A stretch of 64,000 nt of DNA from an uncultured Candidatus Rokubacteria bacterium (lineage in GTDB: Bacteria; Methylomirabilota; Methylomirabilia; Rokubacteriales; DASRDR01): positions 736,001 to 800,000 of the forward strand of contig CAWGVS010000005.1 in the NCBI GenBank assembly GCA_963826115.1, read 5' to 3'. Positions 38,701 to 50,374 of the stretch are shown here, one piece after another. The notes beneath the pieces are model-generated. The model was not told the origin of the DNA. It made no database searches and saw nothing but the letters and a program-made list of their open reading frames with translations. The position numbers and the translations under genes were made by a program. The stretch's first letter is position 1. Every line of letters starts with the position of its first letter.

Positions 38701-39660
38701 TCAGTTCCACTCCCCGCCGCGCCCGGCGAGCTTCCGCAGCTTGACCTTCACCCCCTCGGAGAGCCGGAAGCGCGCGATCTTGACCGGGTAGTAGGCGAGG
38801 GCGCCGAGGGACTGGAAGAAGATCCGGAACAGGGCGTGGGGCGGGAAGGTCGTGAGCGAGGCCGTGTCGGCCGGATGGACCCGCAGGTGCCCGCCCGGAC
38901 GGCCCACGCCCAGGAAGTCCAGGAGCTCCTTGCTCGGGTTCGGCGGCAAGAAGGACGGGTTCACCAGCAGGCGCTCCGTGTCGTCCGAGTCGGCGTCGAT
39001 CTCGAACCAGAACGAGATGCGCGGACGAGGCGCGCCCGTCCAGTAGGAGCCGCGGTGGACGGTCCGGATGTCGGCGAGGACGAGGTCGCCCGCCTTGCCG
39101 GAGGCGGCCACGAGCTTGTCTCCCCAGGTCTTCTGGACGAAGGAGTCCGTGAAGTTGCTCGACCCGAACTGGTGGGAGGCGTGGTGGCTCCCGGACGCGA
39201 ACTGCGTCGCGCCGTTGTCGGTGTCGATCAGGTACATGATGAACGCCAGCCCCTTCACGGGGGTCTTGCTGGTGTCCACCTTGTTGTCCGTGTGCCAGGG
39301 GAACTTGTAGTAGCGCCAGGTGCTGTAGACCCGGTGGCACTTGAGCCGCAGGTTCTTGCCGAGGTACGCCTCGGCGATGTCGCGGACCTTCTTCGACGTC
39401 AGGATGTCGAAGGCGGTCTTCGAGTAGGCGGCCACGTTCGAGAAGAAGAGCGCGTCGTCCTGATAGACCGGCGACAGCTCGTTCGAGTTCAGGCGGTGCG
39501 TGCCGACCAGGACTTCCTTGAGAGATGCGATCTGCTCCGCGGACAGGAACCCCGGGATGACCACGAAGCCGTCGCGGTCGAGCGCCTGGACGATCTCGTC
39601 CAGCGCGCTGGCGCGAACGGCCTGTCTCGGCTTCGGCGGCGACGCGACGACCCCGCTCAT
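38701..39660 (-). CDS. Phytanoyl-CoA dioxygenase family Fe(II)/2OG oxygenase
   Basis: DGFVVIPGFL, WHTD (HxD), NGATQFASGSH and HRG. Confidence 0.85.
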   Translation of the reverse strand: MSGVVASPPKPRQAVRASALDEIVQALDRDGFVVIPGFLSAEQIASLKEVLVGTHRLNSNELSPVYQDDALFFSNVAAYSKTAFDILTSKKVRDIAEAYLGKNLRLKCHRVYSTWRYYKFPWHTDNKVDTSKTPVKGLAFIMYLIDTDNGATQFASGSHHASHQFGSSNFTDSFVQKTWGDKLVAASGKAGDLVLADIRTVHRGSYWTGAPRPRISFWFEIDADSDDTERLLVNPSFLPPNPSKELLDFLGVGRPGGHLRVHPADTASLTTFPPHALFRIFFQSLGALAYYPVKIARFRLSEGVKVKLRKLAGRGGEWN

Positions 39661-39751
39661 CGGGTCCTAGTCTAGCGCAACTCCCCCACGTCGGGTCGCT
39701 TTCGGGGGTGTCGGATCGGGACCTCCGGCTCCGGACCGGCGGCCGCGCCGG

Positions 39752-40105
39752 TCAGGGGATCCGGAGGCCCGGGTTCGGGTCGGGGTTGTCCGGTCCGGGC
39801 GGGTCCAGCATCGGGGCGGGGTCGCCCGCCGCCCACTTCGCCCAGCGGCCCTGGGCGGCGACGCAGTCGTGGAAGTTCCGCTCGATGAGGGCCGCCTCGG
39901 GCCCCCGGGCCCAGACCTGCACGGCGCCGTAACGGTCCACGTCGAAGTGGGCGACGTCGGGCAGCGCCTGGCTGCACGCCTGACCCTTGGCTCGGAGGTC
40001 GGCGACGCGCTCGGGAGGCGCCGTGTCCACCGAGGCGCAGGCCGCGAGGAGCCCCATCGCGCCGAGAAGCACCGCGGAGTGCCGAGAACGCCGCACGGTC
40101 GCCAT
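39752..40105 (-). CDS. Hypothetical lipoprotein
   Basis: SD GGAGG; lipobox LAAC. Confidence 0.65.
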   Translation of the reverse strand: MATVRRSRHSAVLLGAMGLLAACASVDTAPPERVADLRAKGQACSQALPDVAHFDVDRYGAVQVWARGPEAALIERNFHDCVAAQGRWAKWAAGDPAPMLDPPGPDNPDPNPGLRIP

Positions 40106-40232
40106 ACGCCCTCCCGGGCGCGCCCCGCGCCGATCGCGCGCTGACGCCGCCCCTGACCTGACGCTACCAAGAGCCGGGCCGTAGCGCCACCGTGATGCGT
40201 GGCGCGCCGGCGGCACCGGTTAGTCTAGCGGT

Positions 40233-40838
40233 GTGATCCCCGAGGTGACCGGCCTCCTGACTCACTGGGGCTACCTCGCCATCTTCCTGGCCGTGGTGAT
40301 CGGCAACGTCGGCTTCCCGGTCCCGGAGGAGACGGTCCTGGCGGTCGGTGGCTACCTCGCGCAGCGGGGCGAGATGCGCCTCTCCCTGGTCCTGGCGGTC
40401 GGCGTCGTGAGTGCGGTCGCCGGGGACAGCCTGGGCTACTGGGTCGGCCGGCGCTACGGACGGGCGGCGATCGAGCGCTACTCCCGGCTGGCCTTCGCGA
40501 CACCCGCCCGCCTCGAGAAGGTGTCGAGCTTCGTGCGGCGCTACGGCGGCCGCGCGGTCTTCGGGGCGCGATTCGTGACGGGGCTGCGCTGCCTCGCGGG
40601 CCCGCTCGCGGGCGCGACCGGGCTGCCGCCCCGGACCTTCGTGACCGCGAACGTCCTCGGCGCGCTCCTCTACATCCCGTACGCCGTGGGCATCGGGTAC
40701 GCGGTCGGCTACGGCTTCGGCGACGACATCGAGCGGGCGCTCGGCCGCGTGGGGTGGATCGCCCTCGCCGCCGTCGCGCTCGCGGCGTCGGCCGTCGCGC
40801 TGGTCCGGTTCGTTCGCGCCCGCCGCGCGGCCCGCTGA
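40233..40838 (+). CDS. DedA-family membrane protein
   Basis: GFPVPEET, GDSLGYWVGRRYG and ARFVTGLR. Confidence 0.92.
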   Translation: MIPEVTGLLTHWGYLAIFLAVVIGNVGFPVPEETVLAVGGYLAQRGEMRLSLVLAVGVVSAVAGDSLGYWVGRRYGRAAIERYSRLAFATPARLEKVSSFVRRYGGRAVFGARFVTGLRCLAGPLAGATGLPPRTFVTANVLGALLYIPYAVGIGYAVGYGFGDDIERALGRVGWIALAAVALAASAVALVRFVRARRAAR

Positions 40839-40869
40839 GCGTGGGCGCGCGGGCGGAGGCGCCCGGTCC

Positions 40870-41847
40870 CTACCGCCGTGCGGCCGCGGGCTCGGCGACG
40901 CGGGCGCCGACGCGAACCTGGGTCAGCCAGTCCGCGTAGCGCGGCGACCGGCCCCGCACCGTGTCGAAGAACGCGGTCCGGAGGTGCGTCGTGATCGGGC
41001 CGATCTGGCCCTGGCCCACGGGGCGACCGTCGATCGCCTCGATCCAGGCGATCTGGACGCCGGTGCCGCAGAAGAACGCCTCGTCCGCGACGTAGAGCTC
41101 CGTCCGGTCGATCTCGCGCTCCTCGATCCGGATGCCGGCGTCGCTCGCCATGCGGAGCACCGACCGCCGCGTGATGCCCTCGAGGATGTCGCCGGTGATG
41201 GGCGGGGTGATCAGCGTCTCGTTGCGCACGACGAAGAGGTTGCAGCCGCTGCCCTCGGCGACCTTCCCGGCGGTGTTGAGCATGATCGCCTCGTCGGCGC
41301 CGGCCTCCTCAGCCTCGTCCTTGGCGAGCGACGAGTTCACGTAGGCGCCGCTCAGCTTGCCGCGGCTCGGGATCGCGTTGTCCGGGATCCGGAACCAGGA
41401 CGAGACGACCGCGCGCTGGCCGCGATCGAGCGCGAGGTACTCCCCGAGGGGGAGCATGTACACCGCCAGCTCGTCGCCCATGCCGCGGAGGCGCGGGGTG
41501 AGCGTCACCGCCGGCTTGTAGATGAACGGACGGATGTAGCAGTCACCCTTCGGGGCGTTCCGCTCGATCAGGGAGACGATCGTCGCGGCGAGGGAGTCCC
41601 GGTCGAAGGGCAGGGACGCGCGGAGCAGGCGGCCCGAGTTCAGGAGTCGCTGCGCGTGGTCGGGCAGCCGGAAGACGTTGATCGTCGAGCCGTCGTCGTC
41701 GAGGTAGCCGCGGATTCCCGCGAAGGCGCCGGTCCCGTACTGGACCGTGTGCGTCCCGATGCTGATCCGCGCCTCGGCGAAGGGCACGATCCGGCCCTCG
41801 AAGAACGCGTACTCCATCATTGGCTGGGAACCCTTGGGCGTGGCCAT
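40870..41847 (-). CDS. ilvE: Branched-chain amino acid aminotransferase
   Basis: YGTGAFAGIR, FRLPDH, KLSGAYVNS, EGSGCNLF, LEGITR and EAFFCGT. Confidence 0.9.
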   Translation of the reverse strand: MATPKGSQPMMEYAFFEGRIVPFAEARISIGTHTVQYGTGAFAGIRGYLDDDGSTINVFRLPDHAQRLLNSGRLLRASLPFDRDSLAATIVSLIERNAPKGDCYIRPFIYKPAVTLTPRLRGMGDELAVYMLPLGEYLALDRGQRAVVSSWFRIPDNAIPSRGKLSGAYVNSSLAKDEAEEAGADEAIMLNTAGKVAEGSGCNLFVVRNETLITPPITGDILEGITRRSVLRMASDAGIRIEEREIDRTELYVADEAFFCGTGVQIAWIEAIDGRPVGQGQIGPITTHLRTAFFDTVRGRSPRYADWLTQVRVGARVAEPAAARR

Positions 41848-42053
41848 GCGGGACCTCCTCGTGGCGATGTGGGCGGAGTATGGCACGGGCCCCAGGCGCT
41901 CCCAATAGCCAACGCGACCGGATGGCCTCAGCAAGCTCGCGCGCCGCGTCACGCGGCGGCGGGGTCCTTGACCGTCCGGCAAGGGCGGCCTACGGTCCTG
42001 CCAACGAGCCCGTCCGCCGCTCGGCGGACCCGTGGGCGAGGGGAGACGAGGGC

Positions 42054-42677
42054 ATGCGAAGGATCGAGCCGGGAGGCGTCGCCGGGGAGGGCGAGGACAG
42101 CTCTCGGGGCGGGCTCACCGTCTGGATGGCGTGGGTCCGCCGCCAGCCCCTCCTCGCGGCCGCGCTGCTCGGCTTCTGCGTCGTCGCGGTCGTCGGACTG
42201 ATCGTGAGCCTGCCGCGCGGCACGCCCTCGACCGCGCGAGCCGGTCGCACGTCCGGAGGCGCGTCGTCGAGCATTCCGGAGCCCGCTGCGCCCGTCCCGC
42301 GCTCCGCCGAGGCACCCGCCGAGGCCCCGAGCGAGGCGCCGGGCCCGTGGGTCGGATCCGCGCCCTCGCCGGCATCGGCGCGCGGCCTCGCTCTCGTGTA
42401 CCGCTACCGGACGCTCCCGCCGGGCGGCGAGTCGCGCTACGAGTGGATCGTCCAGGTGCAGGGCGCCCGGACGGTACTGGACCGCGTGGACATCGTCACG
42501 TGGCAGATGGAGCCGGCCCCGAAGGACGGCGGGGAGCTCATCTCCCGCGATCGCGCGGCGGACGGATTCCCGCTCTTTGGCGATGGCCCGGGCGGCTGGT
42601 TCGGCGTGGCCGCGAAGATCCGGTTCCGGGACGGCTCGGAGGAGACGCTGTCGCGCCGGGTCGAGCTGTCGGACTGA
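42054..42677 (+). CDS. Membrane-anchored protein with C-terminal pYEATS-like domain
   Basis: TM helix and Pro/Ala linker, then YEWIVQV...LDRVDIVTWQM.P...DGF.L..G.FGVAAKIRFRDGS. Confidence 0.55.
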   Translation: MRRIEPGGVAGEGEDSSRGGLTVWMAWVRRQPLLAAALLGFCVVAVVGLIVSLPRGTPSTARAGRTSGGASSSIPEPAAPVPRSAEAPAEAPSEAPGPWVGSAPSPASARGLALVYRYRTLPPGGESRYEWIVQVQGARTVLDRVDIVTWQMEPAPKDGGELISRDRAADGFPLFGDGPGGWFGVAAKIRFRDGSEETLSRRVELSD

Positions 42678-42680
42678 CGG

Positions 42681-43871
42681 TCAGCGCGCGCGCTGGCGCC
42701 GGCTCGGGCCGAGCACCACGACCGCCGCGCCCCCGGACCCGACCAGGACGAGCGCGACCGCCGCCGCGCCGACTCCGAAGCCTCCCCAGCCGGTCAGCCA
42801 GCCGACGATGACGGGCGCGGCGACCATGCCGAGGTCCGTGATGAACCGGTAGATGCTCACCGTCCGGCTGCCGAAGCGCCCGTGGAGGTACTCCGCGAGG
42901 AGAGACGCCGGGATCATCCACACGGTCATGCCGACGATGACGAGCGCACAGGCGAGCGTGTAGCCGGCGAGGCTCTGCGTCAGGGGGAGGAGGACGACGC
43001 CGGCCACGAGGACGCCCATTCCCGGGACCAGCACCCGGAGCCGGCCGAAGGTGTCGGCAGCCCAGCCCACCGGGATCAGGAGGACCGCCTCGGCCACGTA
43101 GCCGATGGCCAGCGCCCGGCCGATCGCGGCCGCGCTGAAGCCGAGCACCTGGCCCCCGTAGAGCGGCGCGAGGGTCACGATGGCGCCCGCCCAGCCGAAG
43201 GCGAGCCCGAACGCCACGAGGTAGATCGCGAACAGCGCGAGCGGCGCGGGCCGGGCTGCGGCGACGGAAGGGGATGCGCTCGGCGCGGCCACCGGCGGCG
43301 CCTGGAACATCGCGCGGATCGCAGGCAGGACACGCCAGGTCGCGATCAGCCAGCCGGCGCCGACCGCGGCGGCCGCCGCCGCGAAGCCCCAGCGCCACCC
43401 CGCGTACACGGAGACCGTGCCGGCGAGATACCCGCTGACCGCGTTGGCGCTGATCAGCGAGCCCTCGTACATGTTGCCGCGGCGGGTCCGCTGGGTCGGC
43501 GGCCCCGCCTGCATGAGGTACACGATTCCGACCAGGGCGGTCGCTCCGTACCCGAGGCCCACGAGCGCCCGGGCGATCGCCATGCGGGCCAGAGACGAGG
43601 CGGTCGCCGCGACCAGCGTGCCGACGAGGACCAGCGCCATGCCGGCATGCATCATCCGGGTCGGCCCGATGCGCTCGACGAGCACGCCGGCCGGCAGGGC
43701 CAGGAGTGACCGCGGCAGGCTGAAGGCCGTGCCGAGGAAGCCCGCGGCGGCGAGGCTCAGACTGAGGGCGGTCACGATCTCGGGCAGGAGCGGCGGGTAG
43801 ACGCCCTGACCGAAGTTCAGGAGGAAGCAGGCGAACAGGAACCACCGGAGCCCGGCGTGCTCACCAGCCAC
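42681..43871 (-). CDS. MFS transporter
   Basis: About 12 TM segments; GVLVERIG and GWAADTFGR motif A. Confidence 0.9.
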   Translation of the reverse strand: MAGEHAGLRWFLFACFLLNFGQGVYPPLLPEIVTALSLSLAAAGFLGTAFSLPRSLLALPAGVLVERIGPTRMMHAGMALVLVGTLVAATASSLARMAIARALVGLGYGATALVGIVYLMQAGPPTQRTRRGNMYEGSLISANAVSGYLAGTVSVYAGWRWGFAAAAAAVGAGWLIATWRVLPAIRAMFQAPPVAAPSASPSVAAARPAPLALFAIYLVAFGLAFGWAGAIVTLAPLYGGQVLGFSAAAIGRALAIGYVAEAVLLIPVGWAADTFGRLRVLVPGMGVLVAGVVLLPLTQSLAGYTLACALVIVGMTVWMIPASLLAEYLHGRFGSRTVSIYRFITDLGMVAAPVIVGWLTGWGGFGVGAAAVALVLVGSGGAAVVVLGPSRRQRAR

Positions 43872-43904
43872 TCGCGCCGACCTCGCGCGTCGTTCGCGCC
43901 CCCC

Positions 43905-44885
43905 TCAGGACGCGAGGAAGTCCTGGAAGTACTCCTCGACCGTGATCCGCCGGCTGGTCAGCCCCAGCCGGAACGCCTCGCCCGCGAACATCTCGATCTG
44001 GGTCCGGTTCGGCTCGAGCCCGTAGGGGTGGAAGTCCTGGCCCATGACGGCTTCCGTGTCCTCGAGCTCGGCCTCGAGCCAGGGCGTCGCGTAGGGGAAG
44101 CCCTTCTGCGCGGCCGTGAAGACGTCGTTGGCGGCGCGGAACGCATCGGTGAGACGGCGCGCGATCCACCGGTGGGCCTCCCACGCCTCGCGCCGGAGCA
44201 CGATCAGGTGCTGGGGTGGAAACGCGCCGGTCTTCCGGAAGTACTCCTGCTCGACGGGGCGGAAGTCCGGGAAGAGGCGCGCGATGGGTCCGGTGCCCGG
44301 CCGGTAAGCTTGGGGCCGCGGCGGGCTGTAGATCGCGTCGAGGTCTCCCGCGACGAGCATGTCCGAGAGCGACCGCCCCGGCGGCGGCGTCTTCACGCCG
44401 GGCGGCAGGCTCGTGTCCATCGGCGTCGCCGACCACGGCGTGTCGATGTCGCCCACCCACCACTGGATGGCCAGCGGATCGAGGCCGAGGTAGCGGAGGA
44501 AGTGGCGGTACCAGATCGAGCCGCTGGCGGTGTAGCTGTACATGCCGATGCGCTTGCCGGCCAGATCCTCGGGTCGGCGGATCGGCCCATCGCGGCGGAC
44601 GTAGAGATCGCGGGCGGTGAAGTTCCTCAGCGGGAACACGGGCAGGCCGACGTAGCGGCGATCGCCCTTCTCCATTCGGTAGAGGTACTGCGCCATCGAC
44701 CACTCGCCGCCCTGGACCTCGGGGTCCTGGACGGCTCGACGCAGCATCTCGGCGCGGGCCGGCCACGAGCCGCGGTTCCCCAGGATCATCGTGAGCGCGA
44801 TGCCGTCCGGTTTCACCTCGCCGGTCGCGAGAGGGAGGATGCGGGCGTAGTCCGCGCAGGTGAGCGCGACTCGGAGGTCGGACAT
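43905..44885 (-). CDS. 4,5-dihydroxyphthalate decarboxylase-like / SBP-fold protein
   Basis: CADYARILPL.TGEVKPDGI, LPVFPLR, DLAGKRIG and PYGLEPNR. Confidence 0.8.
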   Translation of the reverse strand: MSDLRVALTCADYARILPLATGEVKPDGIALTMILGNRGSWPARAEMLRRAVQDPEVQGGEWSMAQYLYRMEKGDRRYVGLPVFPLRNFTARDLYVRRDGPIRRPEDLAGKRIGMYSYTASGSIWYRHFLRYLGLDPLAIQWWVGDIDTPWSATPMDTSLPPGVKTPPPGRSLSDMLVAGDLDAIYSPPRPQAYRPGTGPIARLFPDFRPVEQEYFRKTGAFPPQHLIVLRREAWEAHRWIARRLTDAFRAANDVFTAAQKGFPYATPWLEAELEDTEAVMGQDFHPYGLEPNRTQIEMFAGEAFRLGLTSRRITVEEYFQDFLAS

Positions 44886-45023
44886 GGTCAGCTCCTGGAC
44901 CGCGCCCCGCCCGGAACGGTCCGGAGGCGCGCGCGCGAGACGGGCGTCAAGGTCGTCGGGTCCCGGCGGAATTGGGCACCAGTCGCGACGGGCCGTCAAG
45001 CCCCGCCGCGCCGACCGGCGCGC

Positions 45024-46403
45024 CTAGAGCAGCGTGCCGCGGAGGATGAGGGCGGCGACGGAGAAGTAGATGACCAGCCCCGTCACGTCGACCAGCGTCG
45101 CCACGAACGGCGCCGAGGACGCGGCGGGGTCGAAGCCGAGTCGCCGCAGGACGAACGGCAGCATGGAGCCGGCGAGCGTGCCCCAGAGCACGATGAAGAG
45201 CAGCGCGACCCCCACCGTGACGGCGACGAGGAACCAGTGGGGTCCATAGAGGTCGGAGAACAGGGACCAGACCGAGATGCGGAGGAAGCCGATCGTGCCC
45301 AGGATGCTCCCGAGGACCAGGCCGGACCAGACCTCGCGGTGCATCACGCGCCACCACTGGCGCAGCGTCACCTCGCCGAGGGCGAGCGCCCGGATGACCA
45401 GGGTGGCCGCCTGCGATCCCGAGTTGCCGCCGCTCGAGATGATGAGGGGAACGAAGAGCGCGAGGACGACGGCCCGCTGGATCTCCTTCTCGAAGAACGC
45501 CATGGCCGTCGCGGTCAGCATCTCGCCCAGGAACAGGACGACCAGCCAGCTCGCCCGCCGGCGGATCATCGAACGGAACGGCATCGCCAGGTACGGCTCG
45601 TCCAGCGCTTCCATGCCGCCGAACCGCTGGAGGGTCCGGGTGGCGGCGGACTGGGCGACGTCCAGCACGTCGTCGACGGTGACGATGCCGATCAGCGCGC
45701 CGTTCGAGTCGGTGACCGGGAGGGCGACGCGGTCCTCCCGCTGGAACAGGGTGATGGCCGACTCCTGGGTGTCCGCGGCCTTCAGCGAGACGACCCGCCC
45801 GTCCATCACGTCGGCGACGCGAGTGTTGGGCGGGAGCAGGAGGATCTTGCGGATGGGGATCTCGCCGATGAGCCGGCCCCGGTCGTCGATGACGTAGACG
45901 ATCGACAGGGTCTCGCTGTCGTGGCCGTAGCGGCGGATGTGGTCGAGGACGTAGGCCATGGTCCAGTCGGGCCGGACGCGGACGTAGTCGGGCGTGAGAA
46001 GCCGGCCGATGCTGCCCTCGGGGTAGCCGAGCAGCTTGATCGCGACCGACCGCTCTTCCGGGGTGAGGAGCTGGAGGAGCTGCTGGGTCACCGTGGCCGG
46101 CAGCTCGTCCAGGAGCGCGGTGCGGTCGTCCGGCGCCATCTCGTTCAGGATCTTGGCGACCTCCTCCTTGGCCATGGCCTTGAGCAGCCGCTCCTGGGCC
46201 TCGAGCGGGACGTACTCGAAGACGTCGGCGGCGAGGTCGCGTGGCAACACCCGGAAGGCGAGCACCTGCTGCTCGACCGGCAGGCCCTCGAGGAAGCCGG
46301 CCGCCGTGGGCGGGGTGGAGTGCCGGAGCGCGTCCTGGAGAGCGGAGAAGTCCCGGGTCGCGATGATCCGGGCAAGGTCCGGGGCGGCGGGCTCGACGGC
46401 CAT
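45024..46403 (-). CDS. mgtE: Magnesium transporter MgtE
   Basis: MAPDDR, CBS pair, GGNSGSQAATL and SAPFVATLVDVTG. Confidence 0.96.
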   Translation of the reverse strand: MAVEPAAPDLARIIATRDFSALQDALRHSTPPTAAGFLEGLPVEQQVLAFRVLPRDLAADVFEYVPLEAQERLLKAMAKEEVAKILNEMAPDDRTALLDELPATVTQQLLQLLTPEERSVAIKLLGYPEGSIGRLLTPDYVRVRPDWTMAYVLDHIRRYGHDSETLSIVYVIDDRGRLIGEIPIRKILLLPPNTRVADVMDGRVVSLKAADTQESAITLFQREDRVALPVTDSNGALIGIVTVDDVLDVAQSAATRTLQRFGGMEALDEPYLAMPFRSMIRRRASWLVVLFLGEMLTATAMAFFEKEIQRAVVLALFVPLIISSGGNSGSQAATLVIRALALGEVTLRQWWRVMHREVWSGLVLGSILGTIGFLRISVWSLFSDLYGPHWFLVAVTVGVALLFIVLWGTLAGSMLPFVLRRLGFDPAASSAPFVATLVDVTGLVIYFSVAALILRGTLL

Positions 46404-46468
46404 GGGGCGCTCCCTCGGGCGGTCGGGACGGTCGGGCGAAGTCGAGGCCGAGCCTACCACGTCGAACT

Positions 46469-46533
46469 CGGGGTCAGGTCTCAACTTTGGTGCTGTCCCG
46501 GTGGGCGCGATTTCAACGCGAGGCCTGACCCCG
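46469..46533. repeat. REP-like inverted repeat
   Basis: CGGGGTCAGGTCTC ... GAGGCCTGACCCCG, 14-bp arms with one mismatch. Confidence 0.5.
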
Positions 46534-46580
46534 GACCTTGGGCCGTGGGCATGAAACCTCTGAGGGTCAGGGGACGGCCG

Positions 46581-48457
<1,877 letters not shown>

Positions 48458-48500
48458 GCGCCCGGGGACTCCGAGCGGGGCGGTCGAGCGGCCTGACGCG

Positions 48501-48941
48501 TCAGGCGGCGGCGCCGACGACGAGCACCGGGCGGCCCGCCTGAGCCGCCACCTCGCTCGAGACCGACCCGAGGAGCATCGCCCCGAGCCGGGTATGTCCT
48601 CGGCTCCCCACGACCACGAGGTCGTAACCTCCGGCGCCCGCGGTCTCGATGATGGTCGCGGCCGGGGATCCCGCCAGCGCCTCGACCTGCGGGTCCCGCG
48701 CCCCGGCGTTGACCGCGACGCTTCGCGCCTCGTCCAGGACGCGCTGCGCGTCGGTGAGAGCCTGCCCCAGGGCCCGCGAGTAGTTCGGTTCACCCAGCGC
48801 GTCCGACGGGGCGTGGTACGCGGTCATGATGGTGAGCTTCGCCGAAAGCGCCACGGCGAGTCGTGTCGCGGTGCGGACCGCGGCGTAGGCGTGGTCGCTC
48901 CCGTCCACCGCTACGAGGATGCTTTCGAAGGGTCGCTCCAC
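48501..48941 (-). CDS. Universal stress protein
   Basis: ILVAVDGS, DLVVVGSRG and LLGSVS. Confidence 0.93.
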   Translation of the reverse strand: MERPFESILVAVDGSDHAYAAVRTATRLAVALSAKLTIMTAYHAPSDALGEPNYSRALGQALTDAQRVLDEARSVAVNAGARDPQVEALAGSPAATIIETAGAGGYDLVVVGSRGHTRLGAMLLGSVSSEVAAQAGRPVLVVGAAA

Positions 48942-49099
48942 GGGTGGCCTCCTTCCGGGCTCTCGAATTGCCGACCGCCCGGCCTGCTTCCTGCCTCCAT
49001 TGTGAGGGCTCTCGCGAGTCGGCCGCCACACGGCGCCAGCCGGGCGGGCGGGGAGGGGCGGCCCGTGATTCGCCGACAGCCCAGATCGCCCCGCTTTCC

Positions 49100-49128
49100 T
49101 TGACACTCCGCAGGGTCCTCTGTAAGGT
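49100..49128 (+). promoter_or_regulatory. Sigma70-type promoter
   Basis: TTGACA-17 bp-TAAGGT upstream of the bactofilin gene. Confidence 0.55.
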
Positions 49129-49163
49129 AACAGTGTTTCGGAACGTCCATGCGGGAGGCGCTC

Positions 49164-49607
49164 GTGTTCAGGAGTCTCCGGAAGTTTTTCGGGTTTGACT
49201 CCGTCGAAGACGACGAGCTCGAGCCCGTGACGGCGCTGGCTTCGGGGAGTACTCATTCCGGCGCGTTCCGGGTGGGCGAGAAGCTCTCCATCAAGGGAGA
49301 GATCGTCGGGGAGGGGGACCTCGAGCTGGCCGGGCGGTTCGAGGGCATCGTCAACGTGAACGGGCGGGTGATCGTGGGGGAGCGGGCCGAGGTCGACGCG
49401 GACATCAGCGCGTCGAACATCGTGGTCGGCGGCAAGGTCCGCGGGAACCTCAACGCCACCGGCCGGGTCGAGATCCTGCCGCAGGGCATCCTCACCGGGA
49501 ACCTGAAGAGCGGGAGCTTCACTGCGGCGGACGGTGCGCTCGTGAAGGGGGAGATCGTGGTGGATCGAGGCAGGGGACGGGTCGAGGTCGTGGGAGGTCA
49601 GCCGTGA
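49164..49607 (+). CDS. Bactofilin (polymer-forming cytoskeletal protein)
   Basis: IKGEIVGEGDLELAGRFEG and VGGKVRGNL beta-solenoid repeats. Confidence 0.9.
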   Translation: MFRSLRKFFGFDSVEDDELEPVTALASGSTHSGAFRVGEKLSIKGEIVGEGDLELAGRFEGIVNVNGRVIVGERAEVDADISASNIVVGGKVRGNLNATGRVEILPQGILTGNLKSGSFTAADGALVKGEIVVDRGRGRVEVVGGQP

Positions 49608-50374
49608 GGGGTCTTCTGGCCGTGTCGGTCGCCCTCCTGGCGTGCGGTCCCGCGGCGGCCGGTGAGCTGATCTTCGCGAACGGCAACCGCCTCGAGGGCG
49701 AGCTCTCCAACGAGGCGCTGATGCTATCGACCGGCTCCGGCCTGGTCGAGATCGCCCCCGACGAGATCGCCGCGCTGACGCGCGACGAGGTCCGCCTCCG
49801 CGACGGGCGCGTCGTCCAGGGGACGCTGGTCGGCGGCCAGATCAAGGCTCGCACCTCCCTCGGTGAAATTGCCATCAAGGTGGACGACCTCCAGTCGTAC
49901 CGGGCGTCCGCCGTGGCCGCGGAGGCCTCCGCCGGGACCCAGCCCGCGGGCAAGGCGACTCCGGCCGTGGCCACGACGCCGACGGCGGCCACGACGCCCG
50001 CCGGACCCGGCGCGACGAGCACCGGGGTCGTGGGTGGCCTGCCGACCGTCGCGGCCTACCAGGACCCCACCGGACGCCAGCCGACCGGTGCGGCCGGCCC
50101 GAGCGTGCAGAAGGCGATCCTCACGCCGGACACGCCCGGCGGTCGCACCTACGAGGTCGTCGGCGAGAGCGTGCTCTACCGCGACGCGCTCGTCAGCTCC
50201 TCGCGGGTCGGTCGCGTCTCGGCCGGCCAGCAGGTGCGGTACGTGGACTCGATCGACCGGCGGCTCCGGATCCTGAACCTCCTGGTGTTCGACGGGGGCC
50301 ACTGGGTGAAGATCCGCCTGGCCGACGGCACCGAGGGCTGGGTCCCGGCCGACTCCGTGCGCGAGGTGCGGTGA
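49604..50374 (+). CDS. Exported hypothetical protein with C-terminal SH3-like domain
   Basis: Signal peptide; duplicated LxDG/NG..L.G beta units; WVKIRLADGTEGWV. Confidence 0.7.
   Translation: MRGLLAVSVALLACGPAAAGELIFANGNRLEGELSNEALMLSTGSGLVEIAPDEIAALTRDEVRLRDGRVVQGTLVGGQIKARTSLGEIAIKVDDLQSYRASAVAAEASAGTQPAGKATPAVATTPTAATTPAGPGATSTGVVGGLPTVAAYQDPTGRQPTGAAGPSVQKAILTPDTPGGRTYEVVGESVLYRDALVSSSRVGRVSAGQQVRYVDSIDRRLRILNLLVFDGGHWVKIRLADGTEGWVPADSVREVR

Noticed and set aside
38470-38703. Selenocysteine or stop readthrough fusing the dioxygenase to the downstream small ORF
   Set aside because: The frame is open, but the intervening peptide looks non-coding, no SECIS is evident, and the small ORF has its own SD.
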